Positions 19,510-30,082 are shown, numbered from the stretch's first letter. The stretch: 64,000 bases of DNA from Candidatus Sulfotelmatobacter sp. (GCA_035297385.1 DATGZD010000049.1:5808-69807), one strand, 5' to 3'. Numbers and translations: made by a program. The notes: generated from the sequence alone by a model not told the origin.

Positions 19510-20760
19510 ATGGCACAAGAGCATACCGCCTTAACAGTAGCTCAAGAACAACTTAGACTCGCCGCAGAAAAACTCCGTTTAGAAAAAGGATTATATGAAA
19601 TCCTGAAAAGACCCAAACGATCCATAGTGGTTTCTGTCACAATCAAGTTAGATAATCATAGTATTGGAGTCTTTGACGGCTGCAGAGTACAACATTGGGA
19701 TGTACTCGGACCATTCAAAGGCGGTCTAAGATATCATCCAAATGTTACATTGGAAGAGGTTACGGCTTTAGCGATGTGGATGACTTGGAAATGTGCAGTA
19801 GTGGGTTTACCATACGGTGGCGCTAAAGGCGGAATAGCTTGTGACCCAAAAAGATTATCCATAAGTGAACAAGAACGTTTAACACGACGATACGTCAGCC
19901 TAATTGTTGATTATTTAGGTCCACATCGTGATGTGCCGGCACCTGACGTTTACACAAATGCTCAGACAATGGCATGGATAATGGATACTTACAGTCAACT
20001 TAAAGGATATAGCATTCCAGAGAGCGTCACAGGTAAACCAGTCGAGATTGGAGGTTCAGAAGGACGCGTTTGTGCTACAGCACAAGGCGTAGCGTTATGT
20101 GTTCGTGAAGCAACTGAAAAACTTAGTATGAAAATGAAGGGCGCAACTGTTGCAGTACAAGGATACGGTAATGTTGGCTACAACGCTGCAAGCATTCTGC
20201 ACAGCATGGGCTGCAAAATAGTAGCTGTTAGCGATTCAGTCGGCGGCGTTTATTGTGAAGACGGATTAAACCCATACAACCTACGAGTTCACAAGAATAA
20301 GACAGGAACAGTTCAAGGCTGTGAAGGCGCAACAGACATTACGAACGCTGAACTTCTAACAAGCGAATGTGATATTTTAGTTCCAGCTGCATTGGAAAAT
20401 CAATTGACGAAAGCAAATGCTGACCAAATTAAGGCTAAAATAGTAGCTGAAGGTGCTAATGGACCAACCACGCCTGAAGCAGATAGAATCTTGTTTGAAA
20501 AGGGTATTTGCCTTGTTCCCGATATACTTGCTAATTCTGGTGGCGTAACGGTAAGCTACTTCGAATGGGTACAAAACCTTACACGTGAACATTGGACACT
20601 CGATGAAGTAAACCAAAAACTTGAAACGAAGATCATAAAAGCATTCCAAGACGTACACAAACTCTCAGAAAAAGAAGAAAGTGATATGCGAACAGCAGCA
20701 TTAATGCTTGGTGTAGGAAGAGTTGCGCACGCACTGAAAACACGAGGACTATGGCCATAG
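19510..20760 (+). CDS. gdhA: Glutamate dehydrogenase
   Basis: 416 aa. KGGLRYHP and GGAKGG motifs plus GYGNVG nucleotide-binding. TAG stop. Confidence 0.95.
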   Translation: MAQEHTALTVAQEQLRLAAEKLRLEKGLYEILKRPKRSIVVSVTIKLDNHSIGVFDGCRVQHWDVLGPFKGGLRYHPNVTLEEVTALAMWMTWKCAVVGLPYGGAKGGIACDPKRLSISEQERLTRRYVSLIVDYLGPHRDVPAPDVYTNAQTMAWIMDTYSQLKGYSIPESVTGKPVEIGGSEGRVCATAQGVALCVREATEKLSMKMKGATVAVQGYGNVGYNAASILHSMGCKIVAVSDSVGGVYCEDGLNPYNLRVHKNKTGTVQGCEGATDITNAELLTSECDILVPAALENQLTKANADQIKAKIVAEGANGPTTPEADRILFEKGICLVPDILANSGGVTVSYFEWVQNLTREHWTLDEVNQKLETKIIKAFQDVHKLSEKEESDMRTAALMLGVGRVAHALKTRGLWP

Positions 20761-20770
20761 AATGATGGCT

Positions 20771-21862
20771 TTAGACTGTGAATTCATCTTGAATTATTCT
20801 TACGATTTTTTCAGCTGCATCTCCATTTCCATAAGGTGACATCTTAGGCAGGTCTTGATGTTTTGTTAGGGCCTCGTTGATTGCCATTAAGGTTTCAGTC
20901 TTATCTGTTCCAACAACTTTGGCAAAGCCAGTCTCTACAGCTTCGGGTCGTTCTGTTGAGAGGCGCATAACAAGTACTGGTTTTCTAATAGTTGGTGCTG
21001 TTGCTTCCTCTTGAATTCCACCAGAATCAGTCAAAATCAATGTACATTGTTTCATAAGAACCAGAAAATCTAGGTAGCCTAAGGGTGGAAAAACTTGAAT
21101 ATTTTTGCTCTTTAAGATGCTTGATAACAACCCGTTCTGTCGTAACCGTTTTCGTGTTCGTGGATGCATTGAGTACACAACAGGCAAAGCAGATTGCTGT
21201 AATGTGTCCATAAGATTCTTTAGGACACTTAAATTGTCGACGTTTTCTGCTCTATGAGCTGTTGCCAACGCAAACTTTTTAGAATAGATTCGTTCCATAA
21301 TCGTAGATTTACGCTCTGCAATTGGCAGATGTTGAGCTACAGCATCAATCACTGTATTACCAGTAATGAAGATTTTTCCCCAGACATTCTCCTTTTGCAA
21401 ATTGGAGTCTGATCTTTTGGTTGGTGCAAATAAGAATGTTGAAACATGATCTGTCAAGCGTCGATTGTGTTCTTCAGGCATACGTAAATCGAAGCTTCGC
21501 AAACCTGCTTCTACGTGACCTACAGGTATTTCCCGTTTGTTAGCAGCTAATGCAGCAGCCAGTACTGTGTTTGTGTCACCCTCAACTAAAACTATAGAGG
21601 GCAGCAGTTGCTTCAATAGCTTATCTATATGTATCATTATTTGGGCAGTCTGTTCAGTTGGTGAAGAAGACCTAATTTTGAAGGAAAAATCTGGTGAGGG
21701 TAATTCTAAGTCTTCGATAAACTGCTGTGACATGTTGTAATCATAGTGTTGACCACAATGAACAAAAGAAAAAGGAATTTGATGTTTACTTAAAGCTCTG
21801 ACGATTGGTGCCATCTTTACAATTTCAGGTCGTGTGCCGACAACGACCATAATACTGTTCAA
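20771..21862 (-). CDS. wecB: UDP-N-acetylglucosamine 2-epimerase (non-hydrolysing)
   Basis: VVGTRPEIVKMAPI, HVEAGLRS and DSGGIQEEA blocks. Confidence 0.9.
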   Translation of the reverse strand: MNSIMVVVGTRPEIVKMAPIVRALSKHQIPFSFVHCGQHYDYNMSQQFIEDLELPSPDFSFKIRSSSPTEQTAQIMIHIDKLLKQLLPSIVLVEGDTNTVLAAALAANKREIPVGHVEAGLRSFDLRMPEEHNRRLTDHVSTFLFAPTKRSDSNLQKENVWGKIFITGNTVIDAVAQHLPIAERKSTIMERIYSKKFALATAHRAENVDNLSVLKNLMDTLQQSALPVVYSMHPRTRKRLRQNGLLSSILKSKNIQVFPPLGYLDFLVLMKQCTLILTDSGGIQEEATAPTIRKPVLVMRLSTERPEAVETGFAKVVGTDKTETLMAINEALTKHQDLPKMSPYGNGDAAEKIVRIIQDEFTV

Positions 21863-21891
21863 TCGTAAACACCATTAGCTACAATTATCGA

Positions 21892-23928
21892 TTAGGTTTT
21901 CTTTAGGCAGTCTTCTCTTGGTTCGTAGATTGTACCTTCCCGCAATAACTGTCCAAGAATTCGTTCCGACTCAGCTCTAGCGATTTTATGTTTCGATTCC
22001 AGCTCATTCACCAACACTTCTTTTTCGACGATGCCTGTCTGCTTCTCCATCTGCATTAAAACCGATAATACAACCTGCATCTTATCACGAACACTCTTCG
22101 GCTTTCCGGTCATGATAAGATCAATGTCCATCTTGTATGATGATACATCAATACCTACTTCTTCCAGGGAACGTTTCATAATTGCAATCGCTGCTTCAGC
22201 ATCCTCGATTGTGACTTCCTTCTTCAACGCTACACGAGCTCTTGCTTCAGCACAACGCACCAACGATTCTAATTGTCTTGCAGTAATCGCTACAGGAGAA
22301 CCCTCAGTCTCACTAGCAGCACGCATGGCTAAGTAGAATTCGCTTAAACGTTTCAAAGCAGCATTACCCAATACTGGCTTTACAGTTTTTGCATAACTAA
22401 TATATTTACGCAGGAGGTCCGCCGAAATCTGTGCTTCAACCGGACTTACACCACGACGATGAATCTCCAGAATATGCTCCGACATTTTCCCGTCAGCTTC
22501 ACGGTTTGGAATATCTCTTAACACGAAGATTAAATCAAACCTAGATAGGATCGTGACTGGTAAAGAAATATTCTCAGCTACTGTTCTGTGTGGTTCATAC
22601 CTTCCTAAAGCAGGGTTTGCAGCAGCTAAAACCGTTGTACGCGCATTTAGCGTAGCAACAATGCCACCTTTTGCAACAGAAACTGTGTGCTGTTCCATAG
22701 CCTCGTGGATGGCAACTCGGTCTTCTGGACGCATTTTATCCATTTCATCAATGCAGGCAATTCCCTTATCGGCTAAAACGAGTGCGCCTGCCTCTAAGCT
22801 CATGCTACCACCTTTCTCACGGATTACAGCAGCTGTTAAACCTGCAGCCGTTGTTCCTCTGCCTGAAGTATACAAGCCTCGGGGTGCAATCCTTGCAACG
22901 TATTGGAGGAGTTGACTTTTTGCTGTGCCTGGATCTCCAATTAACAGAGCGTTCATTTCGCCTCTAACACTAATGTCCGGAAGTAATTTTGATACTCCGC
23001 CAAACAGTAGGTACATAATGGCTTCTTTAATATGTTCATAACCATAAATTGAGGGTGCTATTGAATTCATAATTTTTCTATGTACCCAAGGGTCTTTACT
23101 GATTTCTAGAATTTTTTCTTCTTCTTCTGGTGTAGGTAGTTGACTTTCAGGTTCTTTACCTAAAACTTCTAGTGAATTTGCATCTAAATGTAAGATGAAT
23201 GTTCGCATTTTTCCAACTCCAGGACGAGAAGGTGCAACTGCACGAACAATTCCAACGATGCTTACATGGTCTCCTGGACGTGCTAAATCAACGATCTCCA
23301 TACCAACGAGTTTTACGTTTAAGGTACGTGGAAGTTGTCCTGGTGGTAAATCTTCTGGTCTTTCTTGTAAACGTAAGTCTTGGGAGTCAATGAAGGTTGA
23401 TTCTTCTTGAACAAATTCAAATGGCCCCTTCTGTCGGCAGCTTGGGTCGGCACACTCAAAGGGTGCTTTCAAGAATGAGCCTGTTTGTTCAGTGCGAGCT
23501 ACGGTCCCGCAACGTTTGCATTTAAAACTAGCTTGCATTACCATGGGTCTTACTGGTGTTGCTCTAACAACGATACCTTCAACCATAATGAGTTTACCCA
23601 TCTGTTTACTGCCGAGCTTGCGGAGTTGCTCCTTTCCGAGAAGTTGTACTATCCGTACAGTGATTTTCTCAAGCTTCTCTGCATACTCTTGATCTTCTAT
23701 ACCTAGCTGGGCATAGGCAGCGTTATCGAAGTGTACTAAATATTCGTCGGGTTTTTCCATAAGCTTCGCTGCTAAAGCTTGGTCGAAAGCAAAGAGTTCT
23801 TCGAAATCTACTTGGATTGATTCTCTTCCAGTAAGTGCCATTTGGCTGATTCGTTGACGGTATTTTTCTTTCTTAAAGAACTCTAGGAAACGTTCTTGTG
23901 GATCGATTAATTGGGTTTTTTCAACCAT
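21892..23928 (-). CDS. mcm: MCM replicative helicase
   Basis: 678 aa. Zn finger CKRCG...CADPSC, Walker A GDPGTAKSQ, Walker B CIDEMDKM, SRFDL arginine finger, and a C-terminal wHTH. Confidence 0.95.
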   Translation of the reverse strand: MVEKTQLIDPQERFLEFFKKEKYRQRISQMALTGRESIQVDFEELFAFDQALAAKLMEKPDEYLVHFDNAAYAQLGIEDQEYAEKLEKITVRIVQLLGKEQLRKLGSKQMGKLIMVEGIVVRATPVRPMVMQASFKCKRCGTVARTEQTGSFLKAPFECADPSCRQKGPFEFVQEESTFIDSQDLRLQERPEDLPPGQLPRTLNVKLVGMEIVDLARPGDHVSIVGIVRAVAPSRPGVGKMRTFILHLDANSLEVLGKEPESQLPTPEEEEKILEISKDPWVHRKIMNSIAPSIYGYEHIKEAIMYLLFGGVSKLLPDISVRGEMNALLIGDPGTAKSQLLQYVARIAPRGLYTSGRGTTAAGLTAAVIREKGGSMSLEAGALVLADKGIACIDEMDKMRPEDRVAIHEAMEQHTVSVAKGGIVATLNARTTVLAAANPALGRYEPHRTVAENISLPVTILSRFDLIFVLRDIPNREADGKMSEHILEIHRRGVSPVEAQISADLLRKYISYAKTVKPVLGNAALKRLSEFYLAMRAASETEGSPVAITARQLESLVRCAEARARVALKKEVTIEDAEAAIAIMKRSLEEVGIDVSSYKMDIDLIMTGKPKSVRDKMQVVLSVLMQMEKQTGIVEKEVLVNELESKHKIARAESERILGQLLREGTIYEPREDCLKKT

Positions 23929-24518
23929 TACTCTTTTTCTTGCTCCTTATGTTCTAGGATACTTTTTCTCCATTTTGCTATTATATTGCCTAGTTGCTCA
24001 TAGATAAGTCGTTCCTCTGTTGTCATCTTTTTTAACATCTGTTCATTCTGATTAGAAACAGAAGACAACGCAATAGTCTTCTTTAGTCTTGAATTCACAA
24101 TATCCCATGCTAATTGCATAGCTTTATTGTGTTCATGGATTTTTTCAGGTTGCTTTAGGAAATCTTTTCTCATATCAGCTAAGTATCTACGAAGTTTTGG
24201 ATAGAATTCATCGGGTAATTCACTGATTTGTCCTGCAGTCTGAACACGTTCTTTCCATTGCACTTTATACAGTTCACTTGCTCCAAATTGACTATCCTCA
24301 CGAAAATGAGCGATTTCTGATTCAACGAGTTTATCTGCTATCCAATGATAAACTTCATACTCGTTACCTTCTTCAAAAGGACCAACACATAACCCTGCAA
24401 GCTGAATTTCAGGATAATTCTTATTAGCCACAACCTTCGCAAACGAATTTTCAAAACGAAAATCTAAATCGTCTATCTTTAAAATCTCTCTTCCACTCCT
24501 AAATTGGCCAATCTCCAA
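23928..24518 (-). CDS. GINS subunit, Gins23-type (B-then-A domain order)
   Basis: A beta-rich N-terminal ~80 aa is followed by the LPDEFYPKLRRYLADMRKD helix block. It overlaps the mcm start by 1 nt. As I recall, crenarchaea have the same gins23-mcm linkage. Confidence 0.6.
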   Translation of the reverse strand: MEIGQFRSGREILKIDDLDFRFENSFAKVVANKNYPEIQLAGLCVGPFEEGNEYEVYHWIADKLVESEIAHFREDSQFGASELYKVQWKERVQTAGQISELPDEFYPKLRRYLADMRKDFLKQPEKIHEHNKAMQLAWDIVNSRLKKTIALSSVSNQNEQMLKKMTTEERLIYEQLGNIIAKWRKSILEHKEQEKE

Positions 24519-24662
24519 GACAGTTTGGAGCTGTCGAAATATAAAAACAGTGGTCGAAAGAACTAAACTAAAAAAACAAAAAATAAATCAGAAATAACAG
24601 ATTTCTGCCTAGTTTTTCGGTACAATCATTTGTCAAAAATAAACCAGTAAATTACTGATTAG

Positions 24663-25436
24663 TTACGAAATATATGTTGTTTTTTTGTCCTCTTCTTTTC
24701 GGGTCTCTTCTGCTTGTAATGCTCGTTTTTCTTCAATAGTCTGTAAACGTTGCACCATCTTCTCTGCCTTCAGTATATCTTCTTTCAAGCCATCCATGCT
24801 CAAGTTAAAATCAAACGCTGAACGTAGAACTTCCAGCACGCTGCTTGCAGCCATCGGATCAGGTAAATAGCCTCGAGTCTCTCCTAACAGGCATAGAGCA
24901 CCGATTTTTTTAAAGCGAGCCAAGCCTAATATTAAGCCTGCCGTTCCTACGATCGGGCTTCCAGAATTACTCACGACAGCCCCTGCACTTACAGCTTTGT
25001 TCAGAATCTCAGGGCTTGTTGCTGCGACAAAAACTTTGGGTTTTGTTTCTGTTTCGACACGGTAACCGCCAATTGTGACGATAGTTGACACATTATGTTT
25101 CTGAGCAAACTCAAGCATTTTATCAGCAATCTCATATTGACCTTCGATAGTCTGTGATTGACTATCTCCAGTGAAAAAGATCAAATCATTCGCGCTTTGC
25201 GGGTTCTTCCAAAAATAGAATGCGCCACGTAATAGTCTCACACTGCCCTTCCTGTTTACTAGCACAAAATAAGGAAAATGTGGCGAGTATAGGTACGCAA
25301 ATTTTGTGGCTTTCAATTGTTTAACTAAGTAACGAATAGCAATCTTACCTACAAGACCTAAACCAGGTAGACCTTCAATTAGGACGGGGTTATTGAGTTC
25401 GATTGAGTTGAATTCTCGTATGTAGGTCTCTTTCAT
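24663..25436 (-). CDS. PAC2-family proteasome assembly chaperone-like protein
   Basis: LIEGLPGLGLVGKIA N-terminal motif. 257 aa. In an operon with nop10 and aIF2alpha. Confidence 0.75.
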   Translation of the reverse strand: MKETYIREFNSIELNNPVLIEGLPGLGLVGKIAIRYLVKQLKATKFAYLYSPHFPYFVLVNRKGSVRLLRGAFYFWKNPQSANDLIFFTGDSQSQTIEGQYEIADKMLEFAQKHNVSTIVTIGGYRVETETKPKVFVAATSPEILNKAVSAGAVVSNSGSPIVGTAGLILGLARFKKIGALCLLGETRGYLPDPMAASSVLEVLRSAFDFNLSMDGLKEDILKAEKMVQRLQTIEEKRALQAEETRKEEDKKTTYIS

Positions 25437-25615
25437 GATGATACCTGCTTCTCTGCTTGTTCTTTCCTATACGCTATTCTATAACGTAAGTATTTATCGT
25501 CAGGAGAAAATTTGGCTGGATGAGGAACGTGAACCTTACCTCCACAGTATGGACATATATCTTTTTTTAATGTATATTTGCCACATCGAAGACACTTACG
25601 GAGAAGCCAACCCAA
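25433..25615 (-). CDS. nop10: H/ACA RNP protein Nop10
   Basis: 60 aa. CLRCGKYTLKKDICPYCGG zinc ribbon and PAKFSPDDKY. The TTG start immediately follows the aIF2alpha TAA. Confidence 0.9.
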   Translation of the reverse strand: MGWLLRKCLRCGKYTLKKDICPYCGGKVHVPHPAKFSPDDKYLRYRIAYRKEQAEKQVSS

Positions 25616-26401
25616 TTATTTCTCCCTCTTAAAAGTACCTAATCCACCAGCCTTCGTAATATTCTTGACAACAGAATCCGAAACCTTACCTAAAACGTCC
25701 TCTGCACGTTTCCAGTTCGGAGCTGAGACTTCTACAACATACTTAGGAGCTGCCATCACATAGAATCGAACGTCAGAATCTTCAGTTTTTTCTTTTTCGG
25801 CATCTAAGAAGGTGGTCTTGATAATTTTTACACCGTTAGGTTTAGCACAATGGACCTCCAAAGTGCCTCTAACTTTCACTAGCTTAACGTGAATTCGCTC
25901 TTTGGCTACATCAGCAAAAACTTTAGCAAGATTTTCTGGCACGCCAATACTCGTTAAGGTGTCCGGTCCTTCGATAGCTGCTTTTTCAAAACCGTCATAT
26001 AATGAGTATTTTTCTTCAATTAATCGTCCAGCTTTTGTATAAACCTCATCTAGGGATAATCCAACTTTTTCTGCTACACCCTTGAGTAAAGCATCTGCTT
26101 TGCGTTCTTTCTTCCATGACATTACTTTCTCAATGCGTTCTCTTTTATTCACACGCCGAAGAGATAAGTCAACATGTCCTTTTTCTGTATCAACACGGAG
26201 GACTTTGAGAACCGTTTTTTGACCTTCACGAACAAAATCGCGTATATTCCTTATCCAAGAAGAAGAAATCTCTGATACATGTAACAAACCACGTTTATTA
26301 TATTCATCAAGCTTAGCGTAAGCACCATAATCAGTCACAGTTTCTATGGTGGCAATTACTAAGTCTCCATTTTCTGGGTACTCAGGCTTTCTTTCTGCCA
26401 T
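25616..26401 (-). CDS. Translation initiation factor aIF2 alpha
   Basis: 261 aa. S1 domain (GDLVIATIETVTDYGAYAKLDEY) and SSSWIRNIRDFV. Confidence 0.95.
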   Translation of the reverse strand: MAERKPEYPENGDLVIATIETVTDYGAYAKLDEYNKRGLLHVSEISSSWIRNIRDFVREGQKTVLKVLRVDTEKGHVDLSLRRVNKRERIEKVMSWKKERKADALLKGVAEKVGLSLDEVYTKAGRLIEEKYSLYDGFEKAAIEGPDTLTSIGVPENLAKVFADVAKERIHVKLVKVRGTLEVHCAKPNGVKIIKTTFLDAEKEKTEDSDVRFYVMAAPKYVVEVSAPNWKRAEDVLGKVSDSVVKNITKAGGLGTFKREK

Positions 26402-26426
26402 CTGCTTCTTCTTCCTGTGACCCTAC

Positions 26427-26627
26427 TTATTCGAGTACGGACTGTACATCAGCGTTTACGAGCTTTGCTTTGCCACCTGAAGGTTCAGCTAAAACTTCTC
26501 CACATACGTTGCATGTTATTTTGTTAACTGGACTTCCAAAGATTAGTTGTTCATTGTTGCATTTTCGACATCGAACACGCAGGAAGCTGCTTTTGGGTTT
26601 AGGAATTAGCTTGTTCCATTCACTCAT
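26427..26627 (-). CDS. rps27e: Ribosomal protein S27e
   Basis: 66 aa. FLRVRCRKCNNEQ...CNVCG zinc ribbon. Confidence 0.95.
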   Translation of the reverse strand: MSEWNKLIPKPKSSFLRVRCRKCNNEQLIFGSPVNKITCNVCGEVLAEPSGGKAKLVNADVQSVLE

Positions 26628-26644
26628 TCTACATCTTCTCCTTC

Positions 26645-26920
26645 TTAACCTATTACTAATTTTCTAAGCCTAATGCCAATACGGTGCCTCATGTAACCAC
26701 AGACTTTACACTTCAATCGGAGCGTCTGCTTCTTAGTCGTTTTCGAAAACTCACGCTGTAGTGGATACTTTTGTCCACCATAACCCCTTTTTTCGCGATC
26801 ATGAGCACGCTCACCCTTCGCTAAGGCTCGACGCTTACCAGCCTTGTACAAAGTAACTGTATGATCTTGATGTTGCTTACAATGCGGACAATAAGTCCGT
26901 ATCTCTTTTGGAACATTCAT
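26645..26920 (-). CDS. rpl44e: Ribosomal protein L44e
   Basis: 91 aa. YCPHCKQH...GYGGQ...LRLKCKVCG. Confidence 0.95.
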   Translation of the reverse strand: MNVPKEIRTYCPHCKQHQDHTVTLYKAGKRRALAKGERAHDREKRGYGGQKYPLQREFSKTTKKQTLRLKCKVCGYMRHRIGIRLRKLVIG

Positions 26921-27406
26921 GGATATTGCTACCAGCTTTCCATTAATGAAACATACACATTCTTATACCTTTTCCGCTTAAAACAACCTTATGTGACTTA
27001 ACCCTTATCTTATGTAGGTAATGCCTATTTGCCAGCGCGCACCTTAGTTGAGATCAAATGATATTTTCAAGAAAAATCGTGTTGGTACGAAATTATACCT
27101 AAGATTCAAACTTTTGTTTAATAAAGAGAATTCCGCGAAAATTTATCCTCATTGCTAGCCTGTACGTCACTATCATGAAAATCAATGTCAACAAATCTTT
27201 TACTAAATATCTTTTTTTTCTACCCTTTTATGATTATTTGGCTTTTCAACAATTTCTTTTTGGATTTACTTATCATCAGTATCTACAAAAAATGGGTGTG
27301 ACAATAAGGGGTAAAACAAAACTTATAAACAAATTTACTGTATATCTATATTTTACAACCTATAGCTTTCGCTTTAGGTTTTACAAAACAAGGAGAATAA
27401 GCAAAT

Positions 27407-30022
27407 ATGCAAATATCAAGAAATAAGGCAAAAGTGACAACTACAATCATTTTGATGCTTTTGATGGCTACAGGAATAATTATGACTTATCCTGTTCAGG
27501 CACAAACTAATGTGCAAGAAGGCGGTGGGGGACCTCTACCTTCGGGCGTTACACCTGATACAACCTTCGATGCATTTGCTCAACTAAGCTTTAGACCTAC
27601 AACTATAGGCGTTGGACAAACCTTTCTAGTAAACCTCTGGGTTACTCCCGCTATACACCCAAGCCGATACTTCAAAGACTTCAAAGTGACTATAACAAAA
27701 CCAGATGGAAAACAAGATGTCATCACTATGGATTCATACAAAGCAGACGGAACTGCATGGTTCGAATATGTCGCAGACCAAATCGGAACTTGGACCCTCA
27801 AATTTGATTTCCAAGGAGCCTACTTCCCAAGAGGTAATTACACCTCGACCGGAGGAGCTTTTGGTGGAACCTTAAATGCAGTCCAGTCAGCTTACTACAA
27901 ACCATCTTCATCTCCATTGCGAACCCTAATAGTACAAGCCGATCCAGTGTACCCGTGGCCTACATCAGCGTTACCAACCGACATCTGGACGCGACCTGTA
28001 CACGTTGAAAACAGAGAATGGTGGACAATCAGCGGCAACTGGCCAGCTACTGGATACGTTGGTTTTGGTAATTGGGACTCAATGTACCCTGATACAAGTC
28101 AAACATACAACTCTAGGCACAAATTTACACCTTGGGTTCAAGGACCAAACAGTGCTCATATTGTTTGGAAGGAACAAGGTAACATCGCAGGGTTAACAGG
28201 AGGACAAACCGGACAGTACGGAGTTACGGGCAGTTCGCCGGTTCCAAACATAATTTATGCAGGAAGATGCTACGAATCCTATTCGAAGCCAGGCACAGGA
28301 TCAACAGCACAAACATATTGGCGATGCTATGACCTACGCACCGGACAAACGTATTGGGAACAGCCTGTATCAACCATAACGAGTACAGGATTCTTCTTTG
28401 GACCATCAGTAACTGCACTAGTACCTAACATAATAGAGTATACTGGTCCACAACAATCAGAAGTAGCTGGAGCATCAGCAGCAGGAGCATGGTCGGTCAA
28501 CCTCATCTACATCGGAGGCGGAAGACTTTACAAATGGAACCCATGGACTGGAGCCATGACTACAAACATTTCAATCTCACCTTTATCGTCAGCAACATTC
28601 TATAAACAATCAGTTGGCAGAGGCAGCGAACCAATGGCATTAAGCATTCAAGATCTCGGTGAAGCAGCAGGAGCTGATCGTTACCGATTAATCAACTGGA
28701 CAACAGCAAGCGGCGGTTATGGTAGCTCAATATCCGACAGCAACTTCTCAACGAGAGTTAGAACCAACACAAGCTATGCTCGCAGTAGTCTACCATCCTA
28801 TGTTGACTGGAACACAGGCTATGGTGCTACTGTATCTGGGGTCACCGTAGCAGGTGTTTATATGGGAATGAACTTGACAGGATACAATGCTTGGACTGGT
28901 CAAACGCTTTGGTCAAAGATAATCAATGAGCCAGTATACAGTGGTGTTTGCGATATTGTTGACCATAACACGCTCGCTGTATTATCAGATCGCGGCTATT
29001 ACGTAGGCACTGATTTAGTAACGGGAGCTGAAAAGTGGAAGAGCGACCCAATGCATTATCCATGGACGTCCACTGGTTTTGGTGCATATTCTTCAATGTC
29101 TGCTTATGGCATGTTCTACAGAGAATCTTATGACGGTATCTATGCATTCAATTGGACTAACGGGAAGATTGTCTGGCACTATGAAGCACCTACAGCCTCA
29201 CCATTTGAGACACCCTATACGGGATGGAATGACACAGGAGTCTATCCTTTCTACTCATTCGGTGTCGGCGGCATTATAGCTGATGGCAAATTCTACACTT
29301 GGACATACGAGCACACAGAGAGCTGGCCAGTAACTCGAGGCTGGGGAATACATGTCATCGACTGCTTCACTGGCAAAGGTGTATGGAACCTCACTGGATG
29401 CATTCAGCCAGTTGCGATTGCTGACGGATACCTTGTTGGCACAAACAGCTACGATGGCTACAAATACGTGTTTGGCAAAGGTAAAAGCGTAACAACTGTT
29501 ACAGCACCAGATGTTACTGTGCCTCTTGGATCAGCAATAACCATTAAAGGTTCAGTACTTGATCAATCCCTAGCACAGCCGGGTACACCATGTGTTAGCA
29601 AAGACTCTATGAAGACACAGATGGACTATTTACATATGCAACTGCCAATTGATGGAATATGGCATAATGTTACAATGACAGGCGTTGAAGTTTCGTTAAC
29701 GGCAATAGGCTCAGACGGAAACTATGTAAATATTGGCAAAGCCACTACTGATTCATACTACGGTACTTTCAAATTCGCTTGGACGCCTCCAAAAGAAGGT
29801 GCCTACCAGATTATGGCCAACTTTGCAGGAGATGATTCCTATGGTAGTTCTGGAGCTTCAACTGCAGTAACGGTTGGTCCAGCACCAGCACAAGCACAAC
29901 AAATAGATGTTCCTGCACCAGCAGACATGACACCATTGTATTATCTTGTAGTCGGTGCCACTGTTGCCATTATAATAGCAGTCGCAGTCGTAGGACTACT
30001 GTTGCTGAGAAAGCGACAGTAA
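27407..30022 (+). CDS. Secreted, C-terminally membrane-anchored envelope protein with PQQ-like beta-propeller repeats and Ig-like domains
   Basis: 871 aa. Signal peptide ...TYPVQA|QT. Repeated x-D/N-x-x-TG-x-x-x-W units: DLRTGQTYW, NPWTGAM, NAWTGQTLW, DLVTGAEKW, NWTNGKIVW, DCFTGKGVW. Ig-like ends. C-terminal TM helix ending LLLLRKRQ. AGGAG lies 8 nt before the ATG. Confidence 0.7.
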   Translation: MQISRNKAKVTTTIILMLLMATGIIMTYPVQAQTNVQEGGGGPLPSGVTPDTTFDAFAQLSFRPTTIGVGQTFLVNLWVTPAIHPSRYFKDFKVTITKPDGKQDVITMDSYKADGTAWFEYVADQIGTWTLKFDFQGAYFPRGNYTSTGGAFGGTLNAVQSAYYKPSSSPLRTLIVQADPVYPWPTSALPTDIWTRPVHVENREWWTISGNWPATGYVGFGNWDSMYPDTSQTYNSRHKFTPWVQGPNSAHIVWKEQGNIAGLTGGQTGQYGVTGSSPVPNIIYAGRCYESYSKPGTGSTAQTYWRCYDLRTGQTYWEQPVSTITSTGFFFGPSVTALVPNIIEYTGPQQSEVAGASAAGAWSVNLIYIGGGRLYKWNPWTGAMTTNISISPLSSATFYKQSVGRGSEPMALSIQDLGEAAGADRYRLINWTTASGGYGSSISDSNFSTRVRTNTSYARSSLPSYVDWNTGYGATVSGVTVAGVYMGMNLTGYNAWTGQTLWSKIINEPVYSGVCDIVDHNTLAVLSDRGYYVGTDLVTGAEKWKSDPMHYPWTSTGFGAYSSMSAYGMFYRESYDGIYAFNWTNGKIVWHYEAPTASPFETPYTGWNDTGVYPFYSFGVGGIIADGKFYTWTYEHTESWPVTRGWGIHVIDCFTGKGVWNLTGCIQPVAIADGYLVGTNSYDGYKYVFGKGKSVTTVTAPDVTVPLGSAITIKGSVLDQSLAQPGTPCVSKDSMKTQMDYLHMQLPIDGIWHNVTMTGVEVSLTAIGSDGNYVNIGKATTDSYYGTFKFAWTPPKEGAYQIMANFAGDDSYGSSGASTAVTVGPAPAQAQQIDVPAPADMTPLYYLVVGATVAIIIAVAVVGLLLLRKRQ

Positions 30023-30044
30023 TTTTAGAACTCTTAAAATTCCA

Positions 30045-30059
30045 TTCTTTTTTTGTTTT
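30045..30059 (+). terminator. T-rich archaeal terminator signal after the envelope protein gene
   Basis: A T7 run (30048-30054), then G, then T4 (30056-30059), beginning 23 nt after the TAA. Confidence 0.5.
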
Positions 30060-30082
30060 ATTCTTAAGCACATTATGTGTTA
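30059..30082. repeat. Repeat site 1: TATTCTTAAGCAC followed directly by ATTATGTGTTA
   Basis: Both sub-elements recur exactly at 30900-30926 in swapped order. The first contains the CTTAAG palindrome. Confidence 0.8.

Noticed and set aside
26921-27406. Possible replication origin, being the longest AT-rich spacer and not far from gins-mcm
   Set aside because: I saw no repeated ORB or mini-ORB-like elements or long inverted repeats, and there is no orc1/cdc6 gene in the window. Promoter and leader of the envelope gene is the simpler reading.
27175-27426. 83-aa ORF in the AT-rich leader of the envelope protein gene
   Set aside because: Its translation is Phe/Tyr/Lys-rich, as expected from random AT-rich DNA. 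It also overlaps the real ATG/SD at 27407 out of frame.
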